NCBI GenBank assembly: GCA_003614675.1
Contig: ML002348.1
Location: forward strand, 1 to 39,644
Direction: 5' to 3'
Source of the DNA: Dimargaris cristalligena
Taxonomy: Eukaryota
DNA: 39,644 nt
Shown: positions 21,531 to 32,589 of the stretch, in pieces
Layout of the letters: each line of letters starts with the position of its first letter
Numbering within the stretch: the stretch's first letter is position 1
Made by a program: the position numbers and the translations under genes
Notes under the pieces: model-generated
What the model was told of the DNA's origin: nothing
The model's database searches: none
Seen by the model: only the letters and a program-made list of their open reading frames with translations

Positions 21531-23001
21531 ATGGCGAAGAAATTCAAGGGTGAAAACAGTAAAGGTAGGTTGCCGGCGTATTTATGCGTGTGTTCACATT
21601 ACTCTTAGCCCACTAGGCCTGGGCATTCGGGCCATTGGCGACCTGGCTTGAACTAACGTTCTTATAATTCTAGTCGCTAGGCTCATTCGGCCAGACCGAG
21701 GTATAATCTCCCGACGGGGTCTACGCCCACTATCGTTGACGATACCCTCGAAACGAGTTGGCTGTCCTATCGACTCAATCGGTATATCGCCGTGCCTTTT
21801 GTTTCTACCAGTACTGACTATTTTTCTCAATATATATATATATATTTATGTGGACCGTGTTACAGTTTCGGCGGCCAAGGAGAAAAAGGCCGTTGCCCAG
21901 GCCGAGAAGGATAATAAGAAACGGGTTGAGCAGGAACGGAAGGAGAGCGCTACTTGGGCGGTTGGATCTAAGAATACGAGTAAGAAGGAGCAAGAGGAAG
22001 CCAAGCGGGTAGGTTCAATTGTTATATATATCTCGGATAATGAGCTGTTATAATGGTCCCTTGCGAGTGACAAATGGGTTTCGGCTGGCCCGACCAGGCT
22101 CTTCAACGAGAGCCAGAGTCCGGGGCTTTCACTGGCGACTGATGTCTTATAGAATAGTGCCATCTTATACTTTATTTTTTTCTATTAAAATGCCAAATTT
22201 AGTTGGAGAAACTGGCCCGTAAGAATGAAGCGGCTGAACTCCTTAAACTGGAAGAGAAGCAGATAACCAAGAGCAAACCACCGTCTAAGCCTGCCTCGTT
22301 GAAGCCCGTAACCGGTGCCGCGGTAAGTCTTTCAATATATGTTCTTTTAATGTGATTTATTTTGAGCTGCCCTTCCTATTTGGATATACTTTGATTAAGG
22401 CCTGTGGTAACGTCACCCCCTCCAACACACAAAATCATGGGGTATACCGACTGAATGACTCACATAATACATTGTCTTTGAATACTTGTATACCGCCTCT
22501 CTATAGAAAATCGCTATCAAGAAAACCGCCAAGGTGGAGAACTTCCAAAAGGAAATGCCCAAACCGGTGGCTTCGTACTCGGCTAGTAACATCAACGACG
22601 CCCTAGACCTCCTTTCCATTGTCAATTCGTCTGACCCCACCGCTGCTGAGACCTTGACCGAAGATCAGGATGTCTCCCAGTCATCTCGGCCGCAATCCCC
22701 GTCGACAAGTAAGCCCGGGAAATCAGTTGCCTCCCAAATCCAGGAAATCGACCGCCACCCCGAACGGCGTCACAAGGCTGCCTACGCGGCCTACGAAGCC
22801 CGTGAACTACCTATCCTCAAGGAGGAGTACAAGGGCCTGCGTCTTAACCAGCTTAAACAGGTCATGTGGAAGAATTGGCAAAAGTCACCCGAGAACCCCT
22901 TCAACCAGGTTCATTTGGCGTACAATGCCTCACGGAACGAAGCCACGGATGTGGTGCAGGATCAGCGCTCGCGTATTGAGGACCGGTTACGAACCGACTA
23001 G
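21531..23001 (+). CDS. CCDC124: CCDC124/Oxs1/Lso2-family ribosome-associated coiled-coil protein, join(21531..21564,21866..22008,22203..22322,22507..23001), 263 aa
   Basis: N-terminus MAKKFKGENSKV..AKEKKA; C-terminal ASNINDALDLL, DRHPERRHKAAY, LRLNQLKQVMWKNWQKSPENPFNQ. All three introns are GT-AG and phase-consistent. Confidence 0.92.
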
Positions 23002-23629
23002 TTGAGTCTCACTAGCCTCCCCCGTTAGTATACGTTTATGAACATAATTGTCATTTTTCTGTACCCATCTTCATACCATTTGAATTGATTCTTTTTGGTA
23101 CGGCAGATGTCTCTTACGGGAGGTGCCCGTGATGCTGAAGCACTATTTCGTAATTGATCATGCGAGTATAAGGGGGTATCTTTATTTCTTCGATTTACAG
23201 TTTGCCAGAAAACTAAGTAAACAAATGTCACGTACCCGTGTTTGTGACTAAAAATAGAACTGAAGGGAGCTAAGTAGAGGGGGGGGTTGAAAGAATGAGT
23301 TATCATCAAAAGGTATTTAAAAGCAGTGGGGCAGTAAAAGAGGTAGGTTGCCGAGTACGTAGTAGCAGTTAGATGGATGGGGGAGGATTATCCAACTGTA
23401 AAAATAGAGTGACTGGAAATCAAACTAGGCGACAAAGACGGAAATGACGTAAAAAAGGGGGAAAATAGGGAGGGGGAAGTAATGAATATTTCATTGCAAT
23501 AATGGTTATTATGGCGTGCTTGAATCACCGGTCCCATGGCCTAAAACTAAGGCATTCCTATGTCAACAAGACTCGCGCGGGGAGGAGGGGGAGGGAGAGG
23601 GGTACCACCACTTGGGCGATATGGCTGGC

Positions 23630-25822
23630 TTAATCAACCTGAATACGCATGTCCAGTTCGCCGAATTCGTTGAAGAAGGCCTATACAATACAACAATAGA
23701 GAGGAAGCGAGAGTAGAATGGGAGTATACCAAGGGGGTTCATTAAAAATATATAAATATATAGATATTATAATTACGCGTTAGTTAGTTTGTGGAGAGAG
23801 AGATGTATATGTGTGTTGAGGATGGCCACGAGGTTATCCATAACCAAATGGGGAAGAAAACACCCACAGTATCCACAAGGCGGACATATGCAAAGCACCA
23901 CCACCCTCCTCCTCCCACTCTCTCCTTCACCCCAAAGTCCGCTAGGACGCGGCGCAATTGTGTATACGGTCAGCCGTTCCAGCCGCTGTTGAACATTTAA
24001 TTCACACAATCGTGGATGGTGGTCGTGACCATATATATCACACTGGTCCCAAACAACAACCAGGTAATAAAGGGAAGGGGAAGGAGGAAGAATAATCTAG
24101 CCTAACTTAAGCATCGTCAATCTAAAAAAGGCGACTTACCGTGAACAGCGCAATAGCGTGACCCACATCATCGGCCCCCGCCATTTCCCGAATACTGTGC
24201 ATGGCCAACTGGGGACAACCGACGTCAATCGTCCGCAGACCCAATTTGGCACTCAAAATGGGGCCGATGGTCGACCCGCAGGACGAGTCATTACGGACCA
24301 CGAATTCCTGGAGGCGGATGGTGTGTTTATCGGCCAGGGCCTTGAGCACCAGGGACGTCGGGGCGGTGGTGGCGTAGCGCTGGTTGGCGTTGACCTTGAT
24401 CACGATGCCGTTGTGCATGACCGGTCGGTGCCGGGCCTCGTGCCGGTCTACGTAATTGGGGTGGACGGCGTGGGCCATGTCGGCGCTGATGAGGAAACTG
24501 GCGTGGATGGACTGCTCGAACGCCAGGGCATCGGAGGCCGGTAGGAGGTGGGAGGGCGCTGCGGTATTAGTGGCGGGATTGGAAGTGGCCGGGAACGTGT
24601 GGAAGGATTGCAGACGACGCAGGGTGGACTCCAACATGGCCGAATCGGCGCCGTAGGCCGATTGGGAACCGATTTCTTCGTTATCGAAGAGGGCAATCAG
24701 GCGGATTTGGGTGTCCTGGGCCAGGGTAGGTTGGGGACCAGAACCGGAGCTGGTACGCAGCGGGTCAGAATCGGCGGAATTAATGAGGGATTCCAGGGCG
24801 GTATAGGACATCATCAGATTATCCAGTCGGGGCGAATAAATGAATTCTTCGTAAATACCGCCCAAAGCGGCCGGTTGGGTATCGTAGAGGCAAAGTTCAA
24901 AATCCCGGATCTGCTGTACATCGACCTGCAGCTCATCGGCCAGTAACTGCAGGAGTTCCGGGTGGTGGTTCTTGGCCGTGTGACCATCATTAGCAATATC
25001 CTTGGCCATTGGCGGCGGCAGTGATGGTGACGAGGATGACGGCAAGGGGGAGGAGGAGGAGGTCAGACCTGCCCCAGGGGCATTACCACCATGGGAAGGA
25101 CGGCGGGTTTCCATGGCCTCGGATTCACTCTCGCTGGTGTCCGCGGTTTGGCGGGCCGCCGAGGGGGATTTGGGGGAAGCAGCAGTCCCGGAGGGATTAT
25201 TGAATCGTTTGGCAATGGTGGCCAAAATCGGGGTGAGGTGGGTCTCTTTATTGAAGGTAAACCCGTCGTTGACGGACCGATCGAGGTGGATAGCCAAGTT
25301 AGGGATACGCAGGATAGGGCGGTCGATGCGGACCAATCGGTTCGAGAAGGACGTTCCGTTTCCCTCAGCATTGTCGGCCACCATCACGCGACCGGCCAGA
25401 CTCAGGTCCCGGTCGAACCAAGTATGCCACAGTCCCCCGCCGTAGCACTGAACGCCCACCTGCAAATAGCCGGCGCGGTCCAGTTTGGAGATGGGTTTCA
25501 ATTTGAGGCAGGGACTGTCGGTGTGGGCGGCCACAATGGACACTCCCTGGCCGGGGCGGAACTGACCCCCGACGGCAAACGCGACGATACTCGAGGCGTT
25601 ACGGGTGAAGAAGTACTTGCCGTTGGGCTCGAGGCTCCAGGCCTGACGTTCTTTGAGTTCCTGGAATCCGTGGGCCACCAGGCGTTGGCGGCAGGCTTCG
25701 ACAGCGTGGAAGGGACTGGGCGAGGCATTGACAAAAGTCAAAAATTGATTGGCGTAGGCCCGGAGGGAGTTGACGTTGGCGGGTTTGCCCAGGGCGGCGA
25801 CGGAGGCTTTGGGAGGCAACAT
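23630..25822 (-). CDS. APE4: Aspartyl aminopeptidase (M18 family), complement(join(23630..23680,24140..25822)), ~577 aa; alternative upstream ATG at 26053
   Basis: SPSPFHAV, AHTDSP, YGGGLWHTWFDRDL, RLDN, DNEEIGS, SADMAHA, GSTIGP, MHSIRE. Donor ACG|GTAAGT at 24139, acceptor TATAG|GCC, terminal exon AFFNEFGELDMRIQVD*. Confidence 0.93.
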
Positions 25823-27042
25823 GGTAGTAGTATTGGTAGCGGTGGTATGGGTGGGGACGGTAGAGGGACGGCGGGGGGAGGGTGGAACCGTTAAATGCAC
25901 GGAAGGAATGCTATGAGTGCAAGGGCGGGGGGATATGCTCAGGAGGGAAAAGGGAGAGCCGCAAGGGGAGTCAGCCGAAGAAGGGGCCACGGAGCTGGGG
26001 GATGAGGCAACAGGAACGGCAGACGAAGGGGAACCAGGAGGCGACAGGGGCATTGAAAAGTGTCGACGGAGCGAACGAAGGACAGAAGGAATACGATAAG
26101 GATAAAGTTCAAGTGGAGGAGCGCACAAGCGGCACTTATATTCGACGGAGCAGCTGGCAGAAAAAGGGGGAAAGGAAGAGAAATGAGGTGAGGAAGAAGG
26201 AGACTGGCTCAATGACTGTCTATGGAACGAAAGTGAGGGGGATGGTGACTGTATAGCTATGGTCGGGGAGGATTGCGGTAAAGGAGCAAATGAAATCAGT
26301 TAGTTATTATGACTCCGAAAGTCAAATGATGAGGCGGGGTTGGCGATCCTGATAATTCCAAGGATCATACATAGAATATATATATATATATATATATATA
26401 AACGTATTGGACAGGCGGGTATAAATCACGCCGCTAAAGGAAAGTTGGTACAGTGCCGCAAGCTTGGTCGGTCGTGGGGAGCAGGCGCACGAGCAATAAT
26501 AATATTAATAACAGGGCCTGGAAGGTAGGGAATTGATATGTAGACTAATAGCCACGCTAAAAGCCGGGGCCGGTGCGCGATATTTATAACAATTAAGGAA
26601 CCCCAAGGCCAAGGTGCAGAGAGGCCCAAAGAATTAGCTGCCGCTCCCTATTCCCGCCACCTTTACCGAGCTGACTGCAGGTGGGAGGGAGACTGCCTTG
26701 AAACGAAATGGCTCGTATAACCAACCCCACCACTAACCATATAACTCAGATGAAGTAGAGTTTTATTTAAAGTAAATCTAAGGCAGGTGACCTTTTGGTC
26801 ATAATTTGCCATCCACAGGGAACATATTAAAGGATAGATGGCTCAAAAACCCTCAAAGGCTACACATATAACTCACTTACATTCCAATTGGCAAAGGCAC
26901 ACCTTACTCTACAATAGAAGGATGATGATTCCCGTTCCGAAGCCAAGCGAAAAAATTGCAATGGGTTGTGTGACATTACTATGGCCACCGGAGGGGTTTC
27001 TGAACCTACACTACTGGCATGGCCCAAGTTTCGAAACGAGTT

Positions 27043-27096
27043 TAATAATAATAATAATAATAATAATAGCATTGTTAATTATTATTATTATATTTC
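27043..27096. repeat. (AAT)n/(ATT)n inverted microsatellite
   Basis: About 8 TAA units followed closely by ATTATTATTATT; self-complementary. Confidence 0.8.
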
Positions 27097-28881
27097 TAAT
27101 AATAAACCCAATAAAGGTTGCTGGCTCAAACCATCATGTATACCAACTTAGGCAATAAGCAGCAAGGCACAGGGGCAAACAACGGCGTGGCCGGTCGATT
27201 GGTGACCCCCTCCTTCCACAAACATTTCATTTCATTTCTCACCTTAACCCACGCCGGCTGAGTAGTCTTTATAAAACCAGGTATATTCTAATATTTAACA
27301 AGTCGTTGGTCGTATCGAGCGGGGGGACCACGAGTCCCTCCTCCCCTCCCCCTCATCTGCATTCCCATTTTCGTTTCATGTCCTTCATTTTACCCCTAAG
27401 GTCGGTGGCATCTGGGAACGAGGGGAGAGAGTTGGGCTGCGAGGGATGGTAACTATTCCTCGTTATAGGTACATTTGGAACTACGGGGAACCACGTAACC
27501 CGTATACTAAAGTAAGCCAATAATGTCGACGATGGCATCAAGGTCCTACTACCACTGGCTGCATCCCCCGAATATAATATGCCCCTTGGGGGAAACAAGG
27601 GAAAAATGAGAAGATCCCGCGTTCCGGAGTTCTGGGTGGCGTAGTAGACCTGTTCAACTAAACTAACGCTGGCCTGTTCCATTTTAATACACGCCCGCCT
27701 CCAAGGCCATCTCCAACTGGTTTCTACTTGCCATCCACCCGCTAACCCCCGTCACGCTTGCACCGGACACTCGTCCGTATTCTCTCCTCCTCCTCCCTTA
27801 TTATACTATGTAGTTTCCCCATTTCATTAGTGGTCGAAGCACCGGAAGTTCCCGATTTGGCTAAACGCGACCAACTCTCTAGAAGCCCTAAATGTGAACC
27901 TTCGCATAGTTACCGAGCAGTCCACGGGGTCGCCGAGTGATCTGTAATGTTATCAGAAAGAGATGCCAAAAAATCAATTACTCCCTCTTCCAAGTCGAAA
28001 TAATATAACGTAATTAACTAACTGGCCTTATATCCATCCTGGTCCGGTAACCCCTGTGTGGAGTTGATCAGGTTTACCTCCGGAGGACCTTCCAATTCGC
28101 AATGGGTCACTTTATTAACCACATTGGCACTATTCCGGCCGTAAATGCCGTCTGTTCATTTCCCACTTCCCCCTCCCCTTCAATTATATATGTATATTTT
28201 GTTTACGCGTCGGTAGATGCGACCGGCGCAACCACCACCGCTGTTAAATACAAGTGAAAGAACCCATGATTCACCCTTCAACTCCGCCGCGGCCACCATT
28301 GATTGTCATTCACCTGTTCGAACGGCATTTCCGACTAAGAGACATCCCCCTCCTCCTACACGTTTTTCGAAAGTGGAATGGGTGACTAGACCCCGCTTTC
28401 TTTCATACAAATAAAATACTAACGTCATTTATACAATCCCAACCGCCGTTTTGATGCATTGGGCATCCAGCTTCCTCACTTTCTTGTTCTCTCTTGTTCT
28501 TTGCCAGTTGTTATTGAGTAGCCAGTAATAAGGTCTATTTCCCTTCCCGATTCCCTTAATACCATATATTCGTTTTCCCAGGCCAGCTGCACCGGGAAGT
28601 AGGGTATTTGCCGTCCAAACCGGTTGTGTGTGTGTGTGTGCGCGTGCCTTTTTAGCAATCGAGTCAAACATAGTCGATTGTAAGGCGATCTCGGTACTCT
28701 CATGGTCCCCCACTCCCGAAATTACTATGGGTGATCAATCCAGGAAATGGGAGTGGGGGATTGATAATTATTGGCTTGGGGTTAGGTGTGGTTAAAAGGC
28801 CCCCTGAAAGCGTGGCTATATTTTGATGGCAGTGTTTAATAATCAAGCAACTCGGAACATCCAATTGGCTCGGTACAATTA

Positions 28882-29029
28882 ATATGGGTGAAGTTCAGCT
28901 TGGCTGTATAAGGGTTTAACTGATATGTGTATGGGATATTAGTAGGATGTTTATTTTCAACCAGTAGTACTTTATTTGCCTCATCAAATGGATTTTTCGT
29001 TACACAGCCTTGTTGAACTACTCCCATAT
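28882..29029 (-). mobile_element. MITE-like element, copy 2 (more diverged)
   Basis: ATATGGGTGAAGTTCAGCTTGGCTGTATAAGG ... ATGGATTTTTCGTTACACAGCCTTGTTGAACTACTCCCATAT is colinear with the reverse complement of 165-310. Confidence 0.82.
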
Positions 29030-32000
29030 CCTAATGGCAATGTCAGGTGGAGGATGGTAGGAGAGGAGAAGGAGAAGGTGTACAAAGAAGAAGTCGAACA
29101 CGAAACGAAATCTCCCCCGAGAAGGAGTACGCAAGTTTTGGCCAATCTCTCGTGAGTGAAAATAAAATAAAACAATGCTGCCAAACTAGAGAAGACGAAT
29201 TAGACCTAAATCTGAAACAAGTGTGTGTCTCCTCGACTCGGTAGAAGGTAAACGGAGAGAGCAAGAGCTTAACGGTTATTCAAGACTTTTAAAAGCAGGA
29301 CAACAACCACGGGTGAACGGGTGGGGTTTCACCGTCTGCCCTAGCTAATCCATATGAGATTTACACCCGAAAAACGTGCCAACGTGCGGGTCAACCGGGT
29401 TCTAATAAACGCATTTGGATGAAAACTGATCAGGGTGTCCAAACAGTGGCTTTGGCTCCGACAGTCGTTTTTCTTCAAAAATAAAGCCAAAAGAATCCCG
29501 ACCCGTCTTAGTCCCGAAATAGTTCGCGTAGGTTAGACGCCTGCACCACGAGTTCGTTGATTACTGTTTTCCAACCCCGGCCGGATGCTGTCGGTATACC
29601 TGTCGCTATTTGGCTAAATAATGCGGTAATCTTCCCAAGTGATGAAAAAATAATAGATATAGTAATACCCAAATTCTGGCTATACATTTATAGCCTGATC
29701 ATTTTTCCCAGCTCATTCATGGACCAAGTCAGCTGAATAATTAATTGGCCAGCCCCCCATTTCTTTAACACTCGGTAAGGCTGTATTGGTTAAACTATAT
29801 TAATTACGCCCCGATATCTTCCAGCTTCATTTAGGGCCCGGAACCTTATTTAATAAATGATGCAACTATTTTTATATTACCTTAGATTCCAATTACCCAG
29901 GGTAGGTTCTATTGATTATTTTATTGTGTTATGGGTGATGTGTTTTATTGTTTTAAAAATAGTGCGTTGCCTTGTGCGCTTTGGTCAAATGATTGCCAAG
30001 CTCCATTTGAGTTTTCCATGCAGGAGGCCATTTATAATTTACCAGGCTATACTTTTATTCAGCCTTCTTTCTACTGCCGCCCCCTCCTTTGCGTACCGGC
30101 CTTTCCCTAGATTTAACCCCGGCCTTACCATCTCCTTGAAGTTTATGGACAGTGCCGAGGGCCTACCGCCCCCACAGCATTTTCCCCCTTCTCCGTGGAC
30201 CTACAAAGCGTCTCGCCATTGGCTGTATTGTCTTCTACTAAAATGACCTGGCCACAGTTATGGCCGCTAATTTTTGAATGGCGGACCTGCACCTGCATAC
30301 GTCGTCGCCTCCCACCTGACCAACATGGCTTATTATGGACAGAGTAATAGGAGGGAGGAGAAACTAGCGAGTGAATTAAAAAGAATCGGAATGAAAAATC
30401 CGCTCGTGATTCTTTGTGAAGTTCACTTAGTATATTCACCCACCCATCCATTTCTCCTCTTTTTCTTTTTGGTCTCACTTTATCTCTTTCTAGCGAAATC
30501 GCCCTATTTGGGGAATGGTGACTGTATGGGATCTATAGTGATAGCCTTATTCACTGGCCATAACAATCCTGTGGGTGACAAATAGGGTGTGAAAGATACT
30601 GGAAAAGGCGCTTAATTACCCCAAACTATACCCAGGTAGCCGACTCCAATAGGATATATGGAGTATTCCGCAGAAGTGGCGGAGAGGCCTGCTGGCATAT
30701 CATCGATGGTATCCCGATTAATTAAAGATGTCCCCATTTCTGATTATACCGCAATTAAGAAGAATAAATATGGGAAGGGTATTGGTGCCTGTCATTTGGG
30801 TAAGGCACCATACAAATGAATGATGGGTTAGGCGTGTCCATTTACAGGGGGTTCCTCACTCGGATATAAGGGTTCTCTACATGAAATCATCCGTGGGGTT
30901 TCATGGACGATGTGTTCTCAGTTAATTCCCGAATCACCAAAGGCCATCTCGGGATTTCGTGTCGTGTTCTCAAGGGCAACCCGGTGAAACGGTATTTGCT
31001 AATTGTTTGAAACACCGGTGCGTAGTGAGATTAGCCAGAGATTTAGTGGTGGTGATGGTAGAGGCAGTGGCAGTGGCAGTGGCAGTGGTAGTGTTGGGAG
31101 GGGCAATCCATCTCAATTTTCTCAAAAAGCCTGTCAATAGTGTCGTCGCATTCCTTACAATAGCCGTTCGTCTAGCCGGCCGAGTATTTACAGCACTTCG
31201 GAATCCAACGATGACGCATGTACACAATAGCGTGTTTCATCCCTATTAGAGGGGCAATACCAATTAATCCATTCTTAAAATCATTTTTCGTGTCACCGTA
31301 TTGGGAAACCGGTGAAATTACTAGCCCATTCGGGGTTCTATCGGATCCGGCATATTAAACTACATCTCCACTCTGTCACTTGGCAGACTCGGCGGTTGAA
31401 TCTTAATACATTATAATACTCTTATCCCATGCGTTGTTTGGTTCAATGTTTGCAATTTGTCGATTTAGCCTTATCAAGTCGGGTTCAAATTGTTTATGTT
31501 AATGCGTTGGCAGATGAGCCTAACACACCACGATCTGACCATTGTTGGACTAGTAAAAACGATTCCCACCCGGGTATATTGGGTACGCCCTTTTTACGAA
31601 ACATCTCGTAGATTTCAGAATCTAGCCCATTACAGCGCCAGCGGGAGAGTACACAAAGGTTCAGATAAGGTGTCGATTGTAATTTTTACAATATACTTAC
31701 ATTTATACACTATTAGATGTGTATAGTGGTAGAGTGGTCTAGTCAAATGGGTTCGGCACTCAAATTATTCTTCGGATATCTCGGCAGTCTGCCTGATTAC
31801 GAGTCGGTGGCATTTCGCTGACCGGTCAGTTGGGATCAGAGGCGGCGCGTGAGCCTAGGGTTCACTTTCAACAAATACACAACCTCACTATAGCAATTTT
31901 TTCTGTTAATTCTCTTTAAATAATTTTTATGAATCACATCGGTTCGTATCTAGCGGGGATGCAAGAAAAATTCAAATGCTGCAAAGATCATATAAGCGAA

Positions 32001-32589
32001 TATTTAGAGGTAAGGGTGGGTTTATCTATAGAGGTATTGTTATGCGTATACGTGCGGGGAGGGGAGAGGAGTATGAATGCCCAGATGCCATTTTCTGTTT
32101 GTATGTTTTTTTTTTTTTTTGAATTTCCGTTGGCGAAGTCGCAGAGGTATGTCCAGGCCACAACATCCCGTGTAGGAGTGTGTGAGGGAAAAACTGAATG
32201 GGGAATATAAAAATTCAGCTATATAGCACAGGTTATCCGAAATCCGTTAAGAAATGGTATATCCGGCCTTTGCTACACTGGATCGTAGTAAGATGTCGAA
32301 TAATATAGCTGCCTAGTGATAATGCGATTAGGTAGCCATCGGTAGCTTAAGACCAACGGTGTAGATAGATAGGATATTAGAAAGTCCCAAAGCGATAAAT
32401 CAATAGTGAATAAAAAATCAACATCAACACATCACGGTATGGTTTGTAGATCAATAGCTAACCTAACATAAAAAAATATGAGGAGCGGAAGGTGCGACAG
32501 AAGGGTGAGGAGGGGGACTACGATTCCTACGGGCGCACGCCCCACTGGTCTATACACCATTCTTGCCCATAATACCGACTCAGTAGCGA

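Noticed and set aside
25091-25894. 267-aa plus-strand ORF, and similar ORFs overlapping CCR4, HMT1 and ADE4 (e.g. 32755-33420)
   Set aside because: Antisense or off-frame shadows of GC-rich coding sequence, with no recognisable motifs.
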